Shown: positions 29,196 to 39,173 of the stretch, piece by piece
Layout of the letters: every line of letters begins with the position of its first letter
How positions within the stretch are numbered: position 1 is the first letter of the stretch
DNA from: Acidimicrobiales bacterium
Lineage (GTDB): Bacteria; Actinomycetota; Acidimicrobiia; Acidimicrobiales; JABEUL01
Assembly (NCBI GenBank): GCA_027371755.1
Contig: DAHXLF010000001.1
Coordinates: 1-51,361, forward strand
Length of the DNA stretch: 51,361 nucleotides
Direction: 5' to 3'
The notes under the pieces: generated by a model
Databases searched by the model: none
Seen by the model: only the letters and a program-made list of their open reading frames with translations
Told to the model about the DNA's origin: nothing
Position numbers and translations under genes: made by a program

Positions 29196-30266
29196 TTGAT
29201 GAAAGAAATAGACTTACTAAAACTTACGGAAACCTTAATTAAAATACCTTCTGTGAGCTTTCAGGAAGAAAAAATTGCGGAGTTTATTTTCGGGTTCTTG
29301 ACCGAATTTAGTCATGTAAAAGCCGCCAGAATAGGTGATTGCGTGTATGCAACTATTGTAGGAAAAGACACGACCAAGACTCTTTGTATGGCAGGTCATA
29401 TCGATACGGTTCCGGAAAACAATAATTTAGACCCTAAATATAATGTCGAAAAACTAATTGGCCTGGGAGCAACCGATATGAAGGGCGGATTGGCAGTCAT
29501 GCTTAAACTTGCCGCAACTCTGGATAATCCGATTTTTAATATGAAATTTATTTTTTATCCGCGCGAAGAGGTGGACAGTAAATTCAACGGATTAAGAGAA
29601 CTCTACGGGATAGACAGTGCATACTTGGAATCTGACGCCGCAATATTGTTAGAACCAACTAATGGATATATCGAAGCGGGATGTCAGGGTGTTATTAAAC
29701 TCAAGATAAAAATTTGCGGACAAAGAGCACACTCGGCTCGCCCCTGGATGGGGATAAACGCCATCCACAGAAGTTATGGCGTTATAAGAGCACTCAATGA
29801 CTTTGCAGCAGAGGAACCGACGGTTGATTCCTTGCAATATCGAGAGTCTTTTCAGGCGGTGTTAATTGAGGGCGGGGTTGCTACAAACGTAGTGCCCGAT
29901 GAGGTAATCATTACGGCATCCTACAGATTTGCTCCAAATAAAACGTCGGCTGAGGCTCTTGGGTACATAAAGGGCTATATGGCCGAGTATTTGGATGAAG
30001 ACCTCGGAGACGGTATTGAGGTAGTTGACGTGGCGGACCCAGCAAGTCCGGGAGTGTCCAATGAATTAATTAAAGAAATAATTGCTAACGCACATGGGAT
30101 TAAGCCAAAATTTGGTTGGACCGATGTGGCCTTTTTTTCAAAACTAAATATTCCGGCAATAAATTTTGGACCCGGTGATGCGGCATTGGCCCACAGCCCC
30201 GATGAGTTTATTACCTCAGCTGACTTAGAAAAAGTCTATAATGTTTTATTTGATTCAATAAGGTAA
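29196..30266 (+). CDS. dapE: M20-family metallopeptidase, succinyl-diaminopimelate desuccinylase (DapE)-like
   Basis: GHIDTVP, GATDMKGG, PREEVD and the 356-aa length match actinobacterial DapE. The substrate cannot be fixed from sequence alone. The start is TTG 29196 or ATG 29199. Confidence 0.6.
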   Translation: MMKEIDLLKLTETLIKIPSVSFQEEKIAEFIFGFLTEFSHVKAARIGDCVYATIVGKDTTKTLCMAGHIDTVPENNNLDPKYNVEKLIGLGATDMKGGLAVMLKLAATLDNPIFNMKFIFYPREEVDSKFNGLRELYGIDSAYLESDAAILLEPTNGYIEAGCQGVIKLKIKICGQRAHSARPWMGINAIHRSYGVIRALNDFAAEEPTVDSLQYRESFQAVLIEGGVATNVVPDEVIITASYRFAPNKTSAEALGYIKGYMAEYLDEDLGDGIEVVDVADPASPGVSNELIKEIIANAHGIKPKFGWTDVAFFSKLNIPAINFGPGDAALAHSPDEFITSADLEKVYNVLFDSIR

Positions 30267-30271
30267 ATGCG

Positions 30272-30760
30272 ATGAATGATAATTCGTTCGATTCTTCGAA
30301 AATCGATTATACTAATTTAATTGCGGTTGACCTAAATAATGGTAGGCCAAATTTTGTGGCTAAAGATATTCAAGGCACTTCACTTAGTGGTGATATCATC
30401 TCCGTTCCTTTGGATAAGAAAGACTGCTTCTACCTGTTGGCATTTTTTGACTATGGTTGCAACGGTTGTGAAGCCGTTTGGTCGGAGAGCTCAAGTCGAT
30501 TCGGCGAAATTGCCAACGGAGAGCTCATTGTGATTCTTAAAGATTTACCGCAACTTCTAAGGAGCGAAGATCTTTCTGGCGGTGCTGTTACTGTGGTTTG
30601 TTCATCCGAGGCCTGGAATGACTTTAAAATTTCGAACAAGTCCTATGTCGTCGTCATACACAATAGATCGGTTGTTACCGAAAGTTCGGTTTTAAACTTT
30701 GATCATCTTTTGGCATTGAAAGCGCGCGCAACGACTAAGATTTCACAGCAGCAACTCTAA
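30272..30760 (+). CDS. Hypothetical protein with a CxxC motif (possibly a thioredoxin-like fold)
   Basis: 162 aa. The motif FFDYGCNGCEAVW is present. The start is 5 nt after the preceding stop, which implies co-transcription. Confidence 0.4.
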   Translation: MNDNSFDSSKIDYTNLIAVDLNNGRPNFVAKDIQGTSLSGDIISVPLDKKDCFYLLAFFDYGCNGCEAVWSESSSRFGEIANGELIVILKDLPQLLRSEDLSGGAVTVVCSSEAWNDFKISNKSYVVVIHNRSVVTESSVLNFDHLLALKARATTKISQQQL

Positions 30761-30794
30761 ACAATCTTTGTAATTGATTAAATCCCAACTACAA

Positions 30795-32135
30795 TTAAGA
30801 AATTCCCGTACTCGGACCCGTAACGTAATCTGGATTCAAAGCACATGTTGAGTTATTCGGCGCACCCGAGGCTATGGCCTGCATCCATTGCGATATTGGC
30901 TGGGCTTCTTCTTCAACTACAGTTCCGTGAGTTGCTCCTGGAACATGAACGTAATCTATGGAATCCTTTACCGTTTGACATGCAGCTGATACGTAGGCAT
31001 CTGTCAGTTGTGGTAATACTGTCGTGTCAGCGGTACCTTGAACGACTAACATCGGCGCGGATGTAGCAACATTACCGGGATTATTTTCTCCGGCGATCTT
31101 TTGGATCTCTAAGTTCTTGCTGGCAGTTGCTTTAAACATCACCGAAGCAGGGTACTTGGTCAAAATTTTATCCAATTGCCCGGTACAAACGGAATCAACA
31201 TACTTTGAAGCTACTTTAATACCGGTCGGTGTAAAAATTTGTGAAGTCGGAAAATTCTTATAAGTTTTTGACCAAGTCCAGGCAGCCGTAACCGTAAATC
31301 CCTCCACTGCGTTGTCCGTGGGTAGTACGTCAACAATTATTGGGAATCCAGTTGCCGGAGCTGCAGCCACAACGCCCAATATCTTTAAAGTTGGGGCGTA
31401 GGTTGAAGCAAGTTGTCCGGCGAACAAAGCCGATTGCCCTCCCTGGGAGTGGCCGTAGATAAATACTTTGTTGCTTGCATCGACCCCCGGGATTTGTCGT
31501 GCTGCTTTGGCGGCGTCTAATACTCCTTGTCCCTCGGACTGACCCAATAGGTATGGATGAATAGTAACCGAAGTCCCGAGGCCTTGATAGTCGGTTGCGG
31601 CAATGAGGTAGTTATCTGCCAAGAAGTAGTCCAAACCAGGGGTAAGATAAACAGATTGTTCGAACAAAGATGGTGCGCAAATGGGAGCCGCACCGGTAGT
31701 TCCGTGCGCCCATGTCAGAATTGTATAGCCTCCGGCCGGAGCTGGAGTCGAAGGTACAATCGCATAGCCGGATTCCGGGATATCTTTGTTGTATATTGTT
31801 TTGGAATAAAACATAATTCGATACATTGTAGCTCCTGTCGGAACACCCGGTACTCCGGTGACTTTTTGATATCTGATTAGCGTACCTGAAGGTTTGTTGG
31901 GTAGATTGGCTGGCGGAGTGTAGAAACTTGGAATTCCGCTGGCGTTGGGATTGTAGGCTACCGTTTTGAAGTCGAACTTATTTGTCGCATTTGTCGAATG
32001 AGTACCAGAAGTATTTTTGGTAGCAGACGTGCTTGAGCTGCATGCAGCCAATATGCTTAATGAAAGTAACAGACAAACTAGTATTGCCAGTTTTTTAAAA
32101 AGTTTTAATTTTATATACACAGGTTCTCCGTTCAA
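30795..32135 (-). CDS. Secreted LIP-family (secretory lipase) lipoprotein
   Basis: Lipobox SILAAC. Nucleophile elbow YGHSQGG. The late motifs VVQGTADT and PGATHG fit the Asp/His of the triad. GTG 32120 (MYIKLKLFKK...) is a likely alternative start. Confidence 0.7.
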   Translation of the reverse strand: MNGEPVYIKLKLFKKLAILVCLLLSLSILAACSSSTSATKNTSGTHSTNATNKFDFKTVAYNPNASGIPSFYTPPANLPNKPSGTLIRYQKVTGVPGVPTGATMYRIMFYSKTIYNKDIPESGYAIVPSTPAPAGGYTILTWAHGTTGAAPICAPSLFEQSVYLTPGLDYFLADNYLIAATDYQGLGTSVTIHPYLLGQSEGQGVLDAAKAARQIPGVDASNKVFIYGHSQGGQSALFAGQLASTYAPTLKILGVVAAAPATGFPIIVDVLPTDNAVEGFTVTAAWTWSKTYKNFPTSQIFTPTGIKVASKYVDSVCTGQLDKILTKYPASVMFKATASKNLEIQKIAGENNPGNVATSAPMLVVQGTADTTVLPQLTDAYVSAACQTVKDSIDYVHVPGATHGTVVEEEAQPISQWMQAIASGAPNNSTCALNPDYVTGPSTGIS

Positions 32136-32264
32136 AATCCGGCTGTCAAACCGGTTTAAATTTCAGTAAAATTAACAATATGTTCGTTCGGTGTCTCGGT
32201 TGTTAATTCTGATTTAATTTACATATGTTAACATATTTTATTTGTTAACGACAAGCAATGTAAG

Positions 32265-32675
32265 TCAGGCTGAAACGCGAAAAGATCGTGGAATTAGTTT
32301 ATAAAGTTGTGATCTGTGTCGAGCTATCCAAATATAAGCACCTCTCAACGCTGACCGGAAAAGTTTAGAGTTCTCAAAGCGAATAATAGTTGGTGCAAGT
32401 TTATTGTTTAATCTTAGAATTGCGGTAATGGCATCGTCATATCGAAGCATTTCGTGATTTTGATCAATATAGATCATAGATTCATAACGGTCTTCGTTTA
32501 AAGTATTTAATATAGATTCGGCTGATTTTGAACTAAACGGGATCCAGGTAATTTGGACATTGTCGGGAATTATGTATTTTTCGGTTAAGTTCTTAATTGA
32601 TAAGCAAAAATCACACGAGTCGTCGTAAATTAAGGTGTTGATTTTCAACGAATTTAAGTGTGGTTCTGAATCCAT
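32265..32675 (-). CDS. DCC-family thiol-disulfide oxidoreductase (DUF393)
   Basis: N-terminal LIYDDSCDFC matches the family's YDGxCxxC signature. The length is 136 aa. Confidence 0.65.
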   Translation of the reverse strand: MDSEPHLNSLKINTLIYDDSCDFCLSIKNLTEKYIIPDNVQITWIPFSSKSAESILNTLNEDRYESMIYIDQNHEMLRYDDAITAILRLNNKLAPTIIRFENSKLFRSALRGAYIWIARHRSQLYKLIPRSFRVSA

Positions 32676-32782
32676 GTCAGATCAAAGTCCTTTTGTATCC
32701 TTCGGTAGGTGCTGTCTGAAACTGTATTTATGCCTTAATCATTGTTTATTTATGTATCTTATTTGGATATCGGTTAGTTATT

Positions 32783-34357
32783 TTACATACCTAAGCCAAT
32801 TGGCAAAATTGCGTGAATTAAAGTCGGTCCTTTGACAGACAGACACTTTAGGAAAGCACTTCTGAACTCTTCTGCGGTTTCTGCTCTAAAAGCTTCAACA
32901 TTAAAGCTTTTTGCAATTGAAACAAAATCAATACTGGGATTTGATATGTCAAGCATCGATGATGCAACTTTACCCCCGTGAGTCGCCCCAACTCTGGAGA
33001 GCTCCATTTCCAGTATGGCATATCTCTGATTATCCAGAATGACCGTAATAACGTCGAGGTTTTCTCTGGCTTGAGTCCATAGAGACTGGATGGTGTACAT
33101 GGCGGATCCGTCGGCTTGAATATTTATGATTTTTTGATTCGGTGCCGCAATGGCGGCGCCAGTTGCCAATGGCATTCCTTGGCCTATGGAACCGCCGGTT
33201 AAGCACATCCATTTGTGAAAAGCCGAATTATCCGTGGCCTTTGAAAGATGAATTCCTGCGGTGTTGGATTCGTCTGACACAATCGCATTTTCAGGTAGAA
33301 GGTCACCGATAATGAGGGCCAGCTTTTGCGAATTTAGATCTCCGGCCAAACCCGAGGTATCCTCCGGTTTTTTATCGCTCGCAGTCGCAGACTCTAAATT
33401 ACTGAGTACGTTTAGTCTGTCTGCAAGGATTTTCAGAGTTGCAATTGAATCTACGGTGTGATCGCTAAGTTCAATGACTTCACAATTACTTGGAATTAAG
33501 CTGCTGGGTACATTTGGATAGGCGAAAAAGGATACCGGAGATTTAGCTTCAACCAATATCAAATGTTCAATGCCCGCTAGCTGCATTTGAGAAAATTCGG
33601 CTAGGTAGCTCAGGCGATCTATGGGCAGTACTCCGCGTCCGCGTTCGATTACGGGAGGGAAAGTTTCCGCAAATAATTTAACCGATGTACCGTCGCAGAT
33701 TTTAGTCGCTAACAGTATGCCGTCTTTGGTAAGTGCATTGTTGCCAATTAACATAGCGGTCGATTTTCCGCTTGCTATTATCTTGGCAACTTCATCTATA
33801 ATATTTGCGTCTTGCGGCGTCTTGGGTGTGAAGTTTTGAGCAGTCGTAGACATTGCACCTTCTGTCCAAGCAAGGTCTGCCGGTAAAACTACGGTGGCAA
33901 CACCGCGCGGGTAAGTCATTGAAGCGGTAATACCGGAAGCAACGTCGATGCAAAGATCATTGACGCTTTCAGAAGATTTGAAAAATTTAGAAACCGGTAA
34001 AGCCAGTCCGCGAACGTCAGATTCTAGCGGGGCGTCAAAACCATGATGATATGTGGCATGGTCTCCGACGATGTTTACCACGGCGCTAAATGCCCGTCTT
34101 GCATTATGCAGATTGGCAATTCCGTTGCCCAAGCCAGGTCCTAGATGCAATAGTGTAGCAGCAGGTCTTTTGGCAATTCGGTAGTAACCGTCAGCAGCTC
34201 CAGTAGCTACGCCTTCAAACAGGCACAACACGCTTTTCATGTTAGGAGCAGAATCTAACGAAGCGACGAAGTGCATTTCAGACGTGCCAGGGTTCATAAA
34301 ACACGTATCGATTCCCGAACCTAACAACGTCTCAATTAAAGCCAGCGCACCGTTCAT
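32783..34357 (-). CDS. Thiamine diphosphate-dependent enzyme, acetolactate synthase large-subunit-like
   Basis: N-terminal GIDTCFMNPGTSEMHF...EGVATGAADGYYR...LLHLGPGLGNG (Pyr domain). C-terminal GSIGQGMPLATGAA...IQADGSAMYTIQSLWT...NQRY (PP domain). Confidence 0.8.
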   Translation of the reverse strand: MNGALALIETLLGSGIDTCFMNPGTSEMHFVASLDSAPNMKSVLCLFEGVATGAADGYYRIAKRPAATLLHLGPGLGNGIANLHNARRAFSAVVNIVGDHATYHHGFDAPLESDVRGLALPVSKFFKSSESVNDLCIDVASGITASMTYPRGVATVVLPADLAWTEGAMSTTAQNFTPKTPQDANIIDEVAKIIASGKSTAMLIGNNALTKDGILLATKICDGTSVKLFAETFPPVIERGRGVLPIDRLSYLAEFSQMQLAGIEHLILVEAKSPVSFFAYPNVPSSLIPSNCEVIELSDHTVDSIATLKILADRLNVLSNLESATASDKKPEDTSGLAGDLNSQKLALIIGDLLPENAIVSDESNTAGIHLSKATDNSAFHKWMCLTGGSIGQGMPLATGAAIAAPNQKIINIQADGSAMYTIQSLWTQARENLDVITVILDNQRYAILEMELSRVGATHGGKVASSMLDISNPSIDFVSIAKSFNVEAFRAETAEEFRSAFLKCLSVKGPTLIHAILPIGLGM

Positions 34358-34422
34358 ACAATTCTCCTTATTTTAAACTGCCCAGTTACCGAATCAATTT
34401 TATACAAACATCCTGACATAAA

Positions 34423-35805
34423 TCAAAGTTCCGGAATTAAATGACCCGGATTGAATAGATTAGAAGGATCCAAGGTAACTTTGATTTGTTTTTGAACTCG
34501 TAACTTTACTTCGTTTTCCAATTTTGCAAAATAAGGCAATTTTTCTGTGCCGATGCCGTGTTCACCGGAAATAGCTCCACCCAAATCGGTACCTGCCTTT
34601 AAGATTTGAAACATAACTTCGTGAAGCTTTGAAGGTTCGTTTTGGAATACTGACAGGTGTACGTTCCCGTCGCCCACATGCCCGCAACCTGCGATCAGTG
34701 ATCCAGAGTTTTGCGCGATCTCAGCAACTGTGTTTAAGTATGACGCCATCTGTGACCGCGGGACCACTACGTCTACTATGTCATTCGCATTTAACGCCTT
34801 AGCTACCCAAAATGCTTTCTCTCTTGCATCCACGATGGCCGTGCCCGATGATGCTGGCAGCGAATATATATCCAAAGCCTCAGAAGACTCTAAAATCTCT
34901 CCTACAACTGCAAGGTCTTCGTCGAGGCGCTTTAAGTCGTTACCTTCCAAAACAATAAGCAGGTACGCCTGGGCTTGCGATTTTACCGCTTCGGGTATCC
35001 CCAAATCAATTCCCGCAGATCTTGTGGTGGCATCTATTGCAAGAAAGTCCAGATATTCCAGGATGGAAGGCATGACCGCCGTGTTAACTATCTTGGGAAT
35101 TGCTTCGGTTAAGTTTTGAAGAGTTGAAAACGGCGAAAGCACGGTCACGGAGTTTGAATATTTAACGGAGAGTTTGAGAGTTAGTTGACATATCAGCCCC
35201 AGGGTCCCCTCGGATCCGATAAATAGCTGAGTTAAGTCATAGCCGGTCGATGATTTTACAAATTTACCTCCCGTTATCAACTTGTCTCCGTTTTCCAAAA
35301 TGACGTGAAGGCCGAGTATGTGGTGACGGGTTACGCCGTATCTGATTGCCTTCATCCCGCCAGCATTTGTGGCGGCGTTTCCGCCGATAGTTGCACTGGA
35401 TTCACCGGGCTGAACCGGATAGATAAGAGAATGTTTGGACAGCTCGTCATTTAGTTGCATTAGGGTTACCCCGGGTTCAATAACCACAACGTGATTATCC
35501 AAATCGATTTCTAAAATCTTATTCATTTTGGCAAAACTCACTATAATAGAGTTTTCTGAAGCATTACAGGCACCGCTCATGCCGGATCCAGATCCCCTAG
35601 GTACCAATGCTAAGTTGTGTACCTTTGCAAGCCGAACTAGGTCAATTAGCTGACTCTCTTCTGTGGGATAAACCACAGCGACCGGCTTGTTGTAATCGGC
35701 TGTCAAGGACTCATCATGTGTTAATTCCGGAGCGATCTCTTCGGTCAGCACATTATTGATTCCAAAGATGTCAGTTAATGCCTCTGTTATTGATGTTGTT
35801 ATCAT
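34423..35805 (-). CDS. FAD-linked oxidase (GlcD / D-lactate dehydrogenase family)
   Basis: FAD_binding_4 pattern VPRGSGSGMSGA...VEPGVT...GGNAATNAGG and C-terminal GGAISGEHGIG. Confidence 0.8.
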   Translation of the reverse strand: MITTSITEALTDIFGINNVLTEEIAPELTHDESLTADYNKPVAVVYPTEESQLIDLVRLAKVHNLALVPRGSGSGMSGACNASENSIIVSFAKMNKILEIDLDNHVVVIEPGVTLMQLNDELSKHSLIYPVQPGESSATIGGNAATNAGGMKAIRYGVTRHHILGLHVILENGDKLITGGKFVKSSTGYDLTQLFIGSEGTLGLICQLTLKLSVKYSNSVTVLSPFSTLQNLTEAIPKIVNTAVMPSILEYLDFLAIDATTRSAGIDLGIPEAVKSQAQAYLLIVLEGNDLKRLDEDLAVVGEILESSEALDIYSLPASSGTAIVDAREKAFWVAKALNANDIVDVVVPRSQMASYLNTVAEIAQNSGSLIAGCGHVGDGNVHLSVFQNEPSKLHEVMFQILKAGTDLGGAISGEHGIGTEKLPYFAKLENEVKLRVQKQIKVTLDPSNLFNPGHLIPEL

Positions 35806-36440
35806 CTTAAAATCCTTAAAGTTTTAAATAGTTCGTTACGGTTTTTTGTTTACTTCGCTAAATTGGCGTGATATGTACATTGTAGCTGAATAACGACTGC
35901 ATGATTAGTTAAAAAAATTGATGCAGGTTATAGAATTATGTAAAGCAACCGGCTTGGAAATCTTTAAGGTCGGCGGGAATCATTATGTCTGCGTCAAAAC
36001 CTATTTTTCGCTAAAGAGATAGTACCTGCTTTAAGTTGCCGGCCAATTGCTTCAAAGCTGCACGGGTAACTGATTTGTAAAGTGTCGTTAACGGCGGTTG
36101 TCAAGTTGTAAATTTGGTGAACATACACGGCGAAAGCTTCTTTTTCGTTAAAATTATAAAGTACAGGGTTTCGTCTGACCACTTTGCGTCGTTATACCTG
36201 TAAGGACGCTGACAACTTTAAAGCTGGAAATTCGCAATTCTTGTTTGGTTCAGTCGGGATAATTAGTAGGGCTAATTTACAACTTCGTTGGACCAAAATT
36301 TTGTTAAGGTGCAACATAGAGGTCTAATCACATGGTCGAGATTTATATTCAGTGACTAATGCGTCATGAGTAAATCGTTTCAGTTATTCTGTAGGGTATT
36401 TTGAGTGGAACTATATGATCTGTTTAACATGAAATTATCT

Positions 36441-37430
36441 TCAGTCAAATTTGATAGAAGAAAATTCTTTAAGCTTTTCCAAAGAATGAGTTGCCATGAT
36501 GTATCTCATGGTACCAGATTTCGACCTCATCACCAATGAGTGAGTCATAGCACCGTTCGGTGAAAAATTGACTCCTTTAAGCAGGTCACCGTCGGTTATG
36601 CCCGTAGCCGCAAAAAAACAGTTATTACCTTTAACCAAATCGTCTGTGGTAAGAACCTGATCTAAGTTATAGCCTTCGTCTAACGCAGCTCGTTTTTCGT
36701 CTTCATTTCTGGGCCAGAGTTTGGCTTGAATCTCACCATCGATGCATTTGAGTGCGGCTCCAGCAATCACGCCTTCTGGCGTTCCTCCTATCCCCAGCAA
36801 TATGTCGATACCGCTTTCGGGAAGAGCCGCTTCAATAGCTGCCGCAACGTCTCCGTCTGATATTAGGCTGATTCTGGCGCCTGTATTCCTAACTTCAGAA
36901 ATTATGTTCTGATGTCTGGGTCTGTCTAGTATTACTGCCGTAACGTCCCTGACCGGAACTCCCTTTGCCTTTGCAACCTGTTCGATGTTGTAAGCGATAG
37001 GGGCATTGATATCTATTTTTCCAGCGGCGGACTTGCACACCGCAATTTTTTCCATATATACACACGGGCCTGGATTAAACATCGTACCTCGTTCGGAGAC
37101 AGCGATGACCGACAAGGCGCCTCCTCTTCCCAACGAAGTTAAAGTTGTTCCGTCTATTGGATCAACGGCGATATCGGTTTCCGGTTGTTCTCCGTTTCCT
37201 ATGGATTCCCCATTAAACAGCATCGGGGCGTCATCTTTTTCACCTTCTCCGATAACTACGATTCCGTCCATCGAAACCGATGACAATACTACTCGCATGG
37301 CATTTACTGCAGCGCCGTCGGCACCATTTTTGTCTCCGCGCCCCATCCAACGACTTGCCGCCAAGGCGGCCGCCTCGGTAACGCGTACCAATTCAAGTGC
37401 TAAATTTCTATCAGGTTGTTGATTTATCAC
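36441..37430 (-). CDS. glpX: Class II fructose-1,6-bisphosphatase
   Basis: Full-length match to the GlpX pattern ([15 protein letters not shown]...[13 protein letters not shown]...[12 protein letters not shown]...DPIDGTT). GTG start at 37430. Confidence 0.9.
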   Translation of the reverse strand: MINQQPDRNLALELVRVTEAAALAASRWMGRGDKNGADGAAVNAMRVVLSSVSMDGIVVIGEGEKDDAPMLFNGESIGNGEQPETDIAVDPIDGTTLTSLGRGGALSVIAVSERGTMFNPGPCVYMEKIAVCKSAAGKIDINAPIAYNIEQVAKAKGVPVRDVTAVILDRPRHQNIISEVRNTGARISLISDGDVAAAIEAALPESGIDILLGIGGTPEGVIAGAALKCIDGEIQAKLWPRNEDEKRAALDEGYNLDQVLTTDDLVKGNNCFFAATGITDGDLLKGVNFSPNGAMTHSLVMRSKSGTMRYIMATHSLEKLKEFSSIKFD

Positions 37431-37462
37431 TAAAGTGAGATTATCAGATTAAGAGAGGCAAT

Positions 37463-38737
37463 GTGGAAATTTTTGAAATAAATGAATCTTTTGACTTAAA
37501 AGGCCAGGTCGATATTCAGGGTGCCAAGAATTCTGTTTTAAAGTTAATGGCGGCTACTTTGTTGTGTCCGGGTACGCATAGGATAGCAAATTGCCCTAAT
37601 ATTACCGATGTTTTGGATATGCTCAAAATTCTTAAGCAATTGGGAATCAAAGGAAATTTTAATCGTAAAAGTAAAGTTTTAGAGATTAGTGTGCCTGAAA
37701 AAATTAATTTTGAGTTTGATTCAAAATTGATAGAAAAAATGCGAGCTTCCATAACTTTGTTGGGCCCGCTATTGGCACACAAATCCGAATTCGATCTTCC
37801 ATTTCCTGGAGGAGATGATTTTGGAGAGCGTCCGATAGATATTCATTTAAGGGGCTTAAACGAACTTAATGCAGCAGTCGTTCTTGAAAAAGGGACCATA
37901 AGCTACGTTCCCGATAAGAAAGGTTTGATCGGCAAGAGGATCGTTTTGGAGTATCCTTCACATACGGCCACCGACAATCTAATAATGGCATCGGTATTGG
38001 CAAAAGGCGAGACTATAATTGAAAATGCGGCTAGAGAACCAGAAGTTGTGGACCTGTGCCAATTTTTGATTTCCCTTGGTGCGAACATCGAAGGGCTTGG
38101 AACTTCGCGACTCTTGGTCCGAGGGGTTGAGTCTTTGACCCCTTCTGGCAAAGAACATTTCGTAATAGGAGACCGAGTTGAAGCGGCAACCTATATGTGC
38201 GCTGTCGGGGCTTGCGGCGGCAATGTCTATCTTCATGGAATTCAATATACGTATTTGGACAATTTAATTTATAAATTAAAATCATCAGGGCTTGAAATTC
38301 TTCCAACCGGTGATGGTTTGTTGGTTTCTATGAAACATCGACCCAAGGCGGTTAATTTATCCACCTTGCCGTATCCAGGTATAGCCACCGACTACAAACC
38401 TACTCTTGTTGCAATGTTATCAGTGGCACAAGGTACATCCATGGTGAGTGAAAATATCTTCATTGGAAGATTCAGATATATTGAAGAGTTGTTAAAAATG
38501 GGAGCTGAAATTATGACCGACGGACATCATCTCGGAATTACGGGCAAGTCGAGATTAAAAGCGGCAACAGTGGTAGCATACGATATCAGAGCCGGGGCTT
38601 GCTTGATAATTGCCGGCATGTCTGCCAAAGGAACTACACGCATAGAAAAGGTAGATCATATTTTGCGCGGTTATGAAAATATTGGTGAAAAATTTAGCTC
38701 AATCGGGGGCGACATTCGTTTTGTTAGGTCTTCATAA
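37463..38737 (+). CDS. murA: UDP-N-acetylglucosamine 1-carboxyvinyltransferase, Asp-type active site
   Basis: GAKNSVLKLMAA, active-site loop PFPGGDDFGERPIDIHL, and the C-terminal MurA pattern. GTG start with AGAGAGG upstream. Confidence 0.9.
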   Translation: MEIFEINESFDLKGQVDIQGAKNSVLKLMAATLLCPGTHRIANCPNITDVLDMLKILKQLGIKGNFNRKSKVLEISVPEKINFEFDSKLIEKMRASITLLGPLLAHKSEFDLPFPGGDDFGERPIDIHLRGLNELNAAVVLEKGTISYVPDKKGLIGKRIVLEYPSHTATDNLIMASVLAKGETIIENAAREPEVVDLCQFLISLGANIEGLGTSRLLVRGVESLTPSGKEHFVIGDRVEAATYMCAVGACGGNVYLHGIQYTYLDNLIYKLKSSGLEILPTGDGLLVSMKHRPKAVNLSTLPYPGIATDYKPTLVAMLSVAQGTSMVSENIFIGRFRYIEELLKMGAEIMTDGHHLGITGKSRLKAATVVAYDIRAGACLIIAGMSAKGTTRIEKVDHILRGYENIGEKFSSIGGDIRFVRSS

Positions 38738-38900
38738 TATGTCCGATTGGTCGTGTTCGCGATCTTTTGGTCTTTCTAAAAATTATGGTTGTCACAGGTT
38801 AATGTAAAATATTGTAAGTAATTTTTTAACAAAATTGCTGAGTTAAATTGTTTGTCTAAGCAATATGTTTTGGGACATTGTTGGTGTATTCGGTGCGCTA

Positions 38901-38936
38901 ATATATAAATCCACAGTGATATATAAATCCACAGTG
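38901..38936. repeat. 18-bp perfect tandem duplication
   Basis: atatataaatccacagtg occurs at 38901-38918 and again at 38919-38936. Confidence 0.9.
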
Positions 38937-38975
38937 AAATCTAGCGGTAAAACAGTTTAATAAGAATGCCAGCGC

Positions 38976-39003
38976 AATACCATCTAACATCGTTGATGGT
39001 ATT
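38976..39003. other. Perfect 9-bp stem hairpin in the murA-meaB spacer
   Basis: aataccatc (38976-38984) pairs with gatggtatt (38995-39003) around a 10-nt loop. There is no U-tract and the function is unknown. Confidence 0.5.
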
Positions 39004-39173
39004 AGTTGATAATGTAATTAAATTTGGCAGCGCACTTTCAAATTGCTTCGAACGATTGTAACGACAAAAGAATCGGTAATATAAGATATATTTTTTAACG
39101 ATTGGGTTGAAAATTTAAGTACGGTACATGAATAATTATTCACGACCGCAAATGACATTAAAGGATTTAGGCA

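Noticed and set aside
35994-36182. 62-aa minus-strand ORF in the 635-bp spacer between the FAD oxidase gene and glpX
   Set aside because: It has a GTG start with no SD or -10-like box at a suitable distance, no recognisable motif and no hydrophobic or charged pattern. It cannot be supported from sequence alone. The spacer itself remains unexplained.
37006-37422. 138-aa plus-strand ORF inside glpX. Similar antisense ORFs lie inside conserved genes at 48849..49289 and 49941..50363 in groEL, 34730..35119 in the FAD oxidase, 3274..3768 in the beta-helix gene, 39167..39487 in meaB and 46872..47174 in the ThrC-like gene.
   Set aside because: All lie fully antisense within genes that have strong family signatures. 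Their products are Ser/Pro/Ala/Arg-rich shadow translations with no motifs. These are typical antisense open frames, not genes.
38738-39173. Cobalamin riboswitch upstream of meaB
   Set aside because: I looked for a B12-box-like GCCACUG core and the surrounding conserved junction and found nothing convincing. Only a short tandem duplication and a simple hairpin are present.
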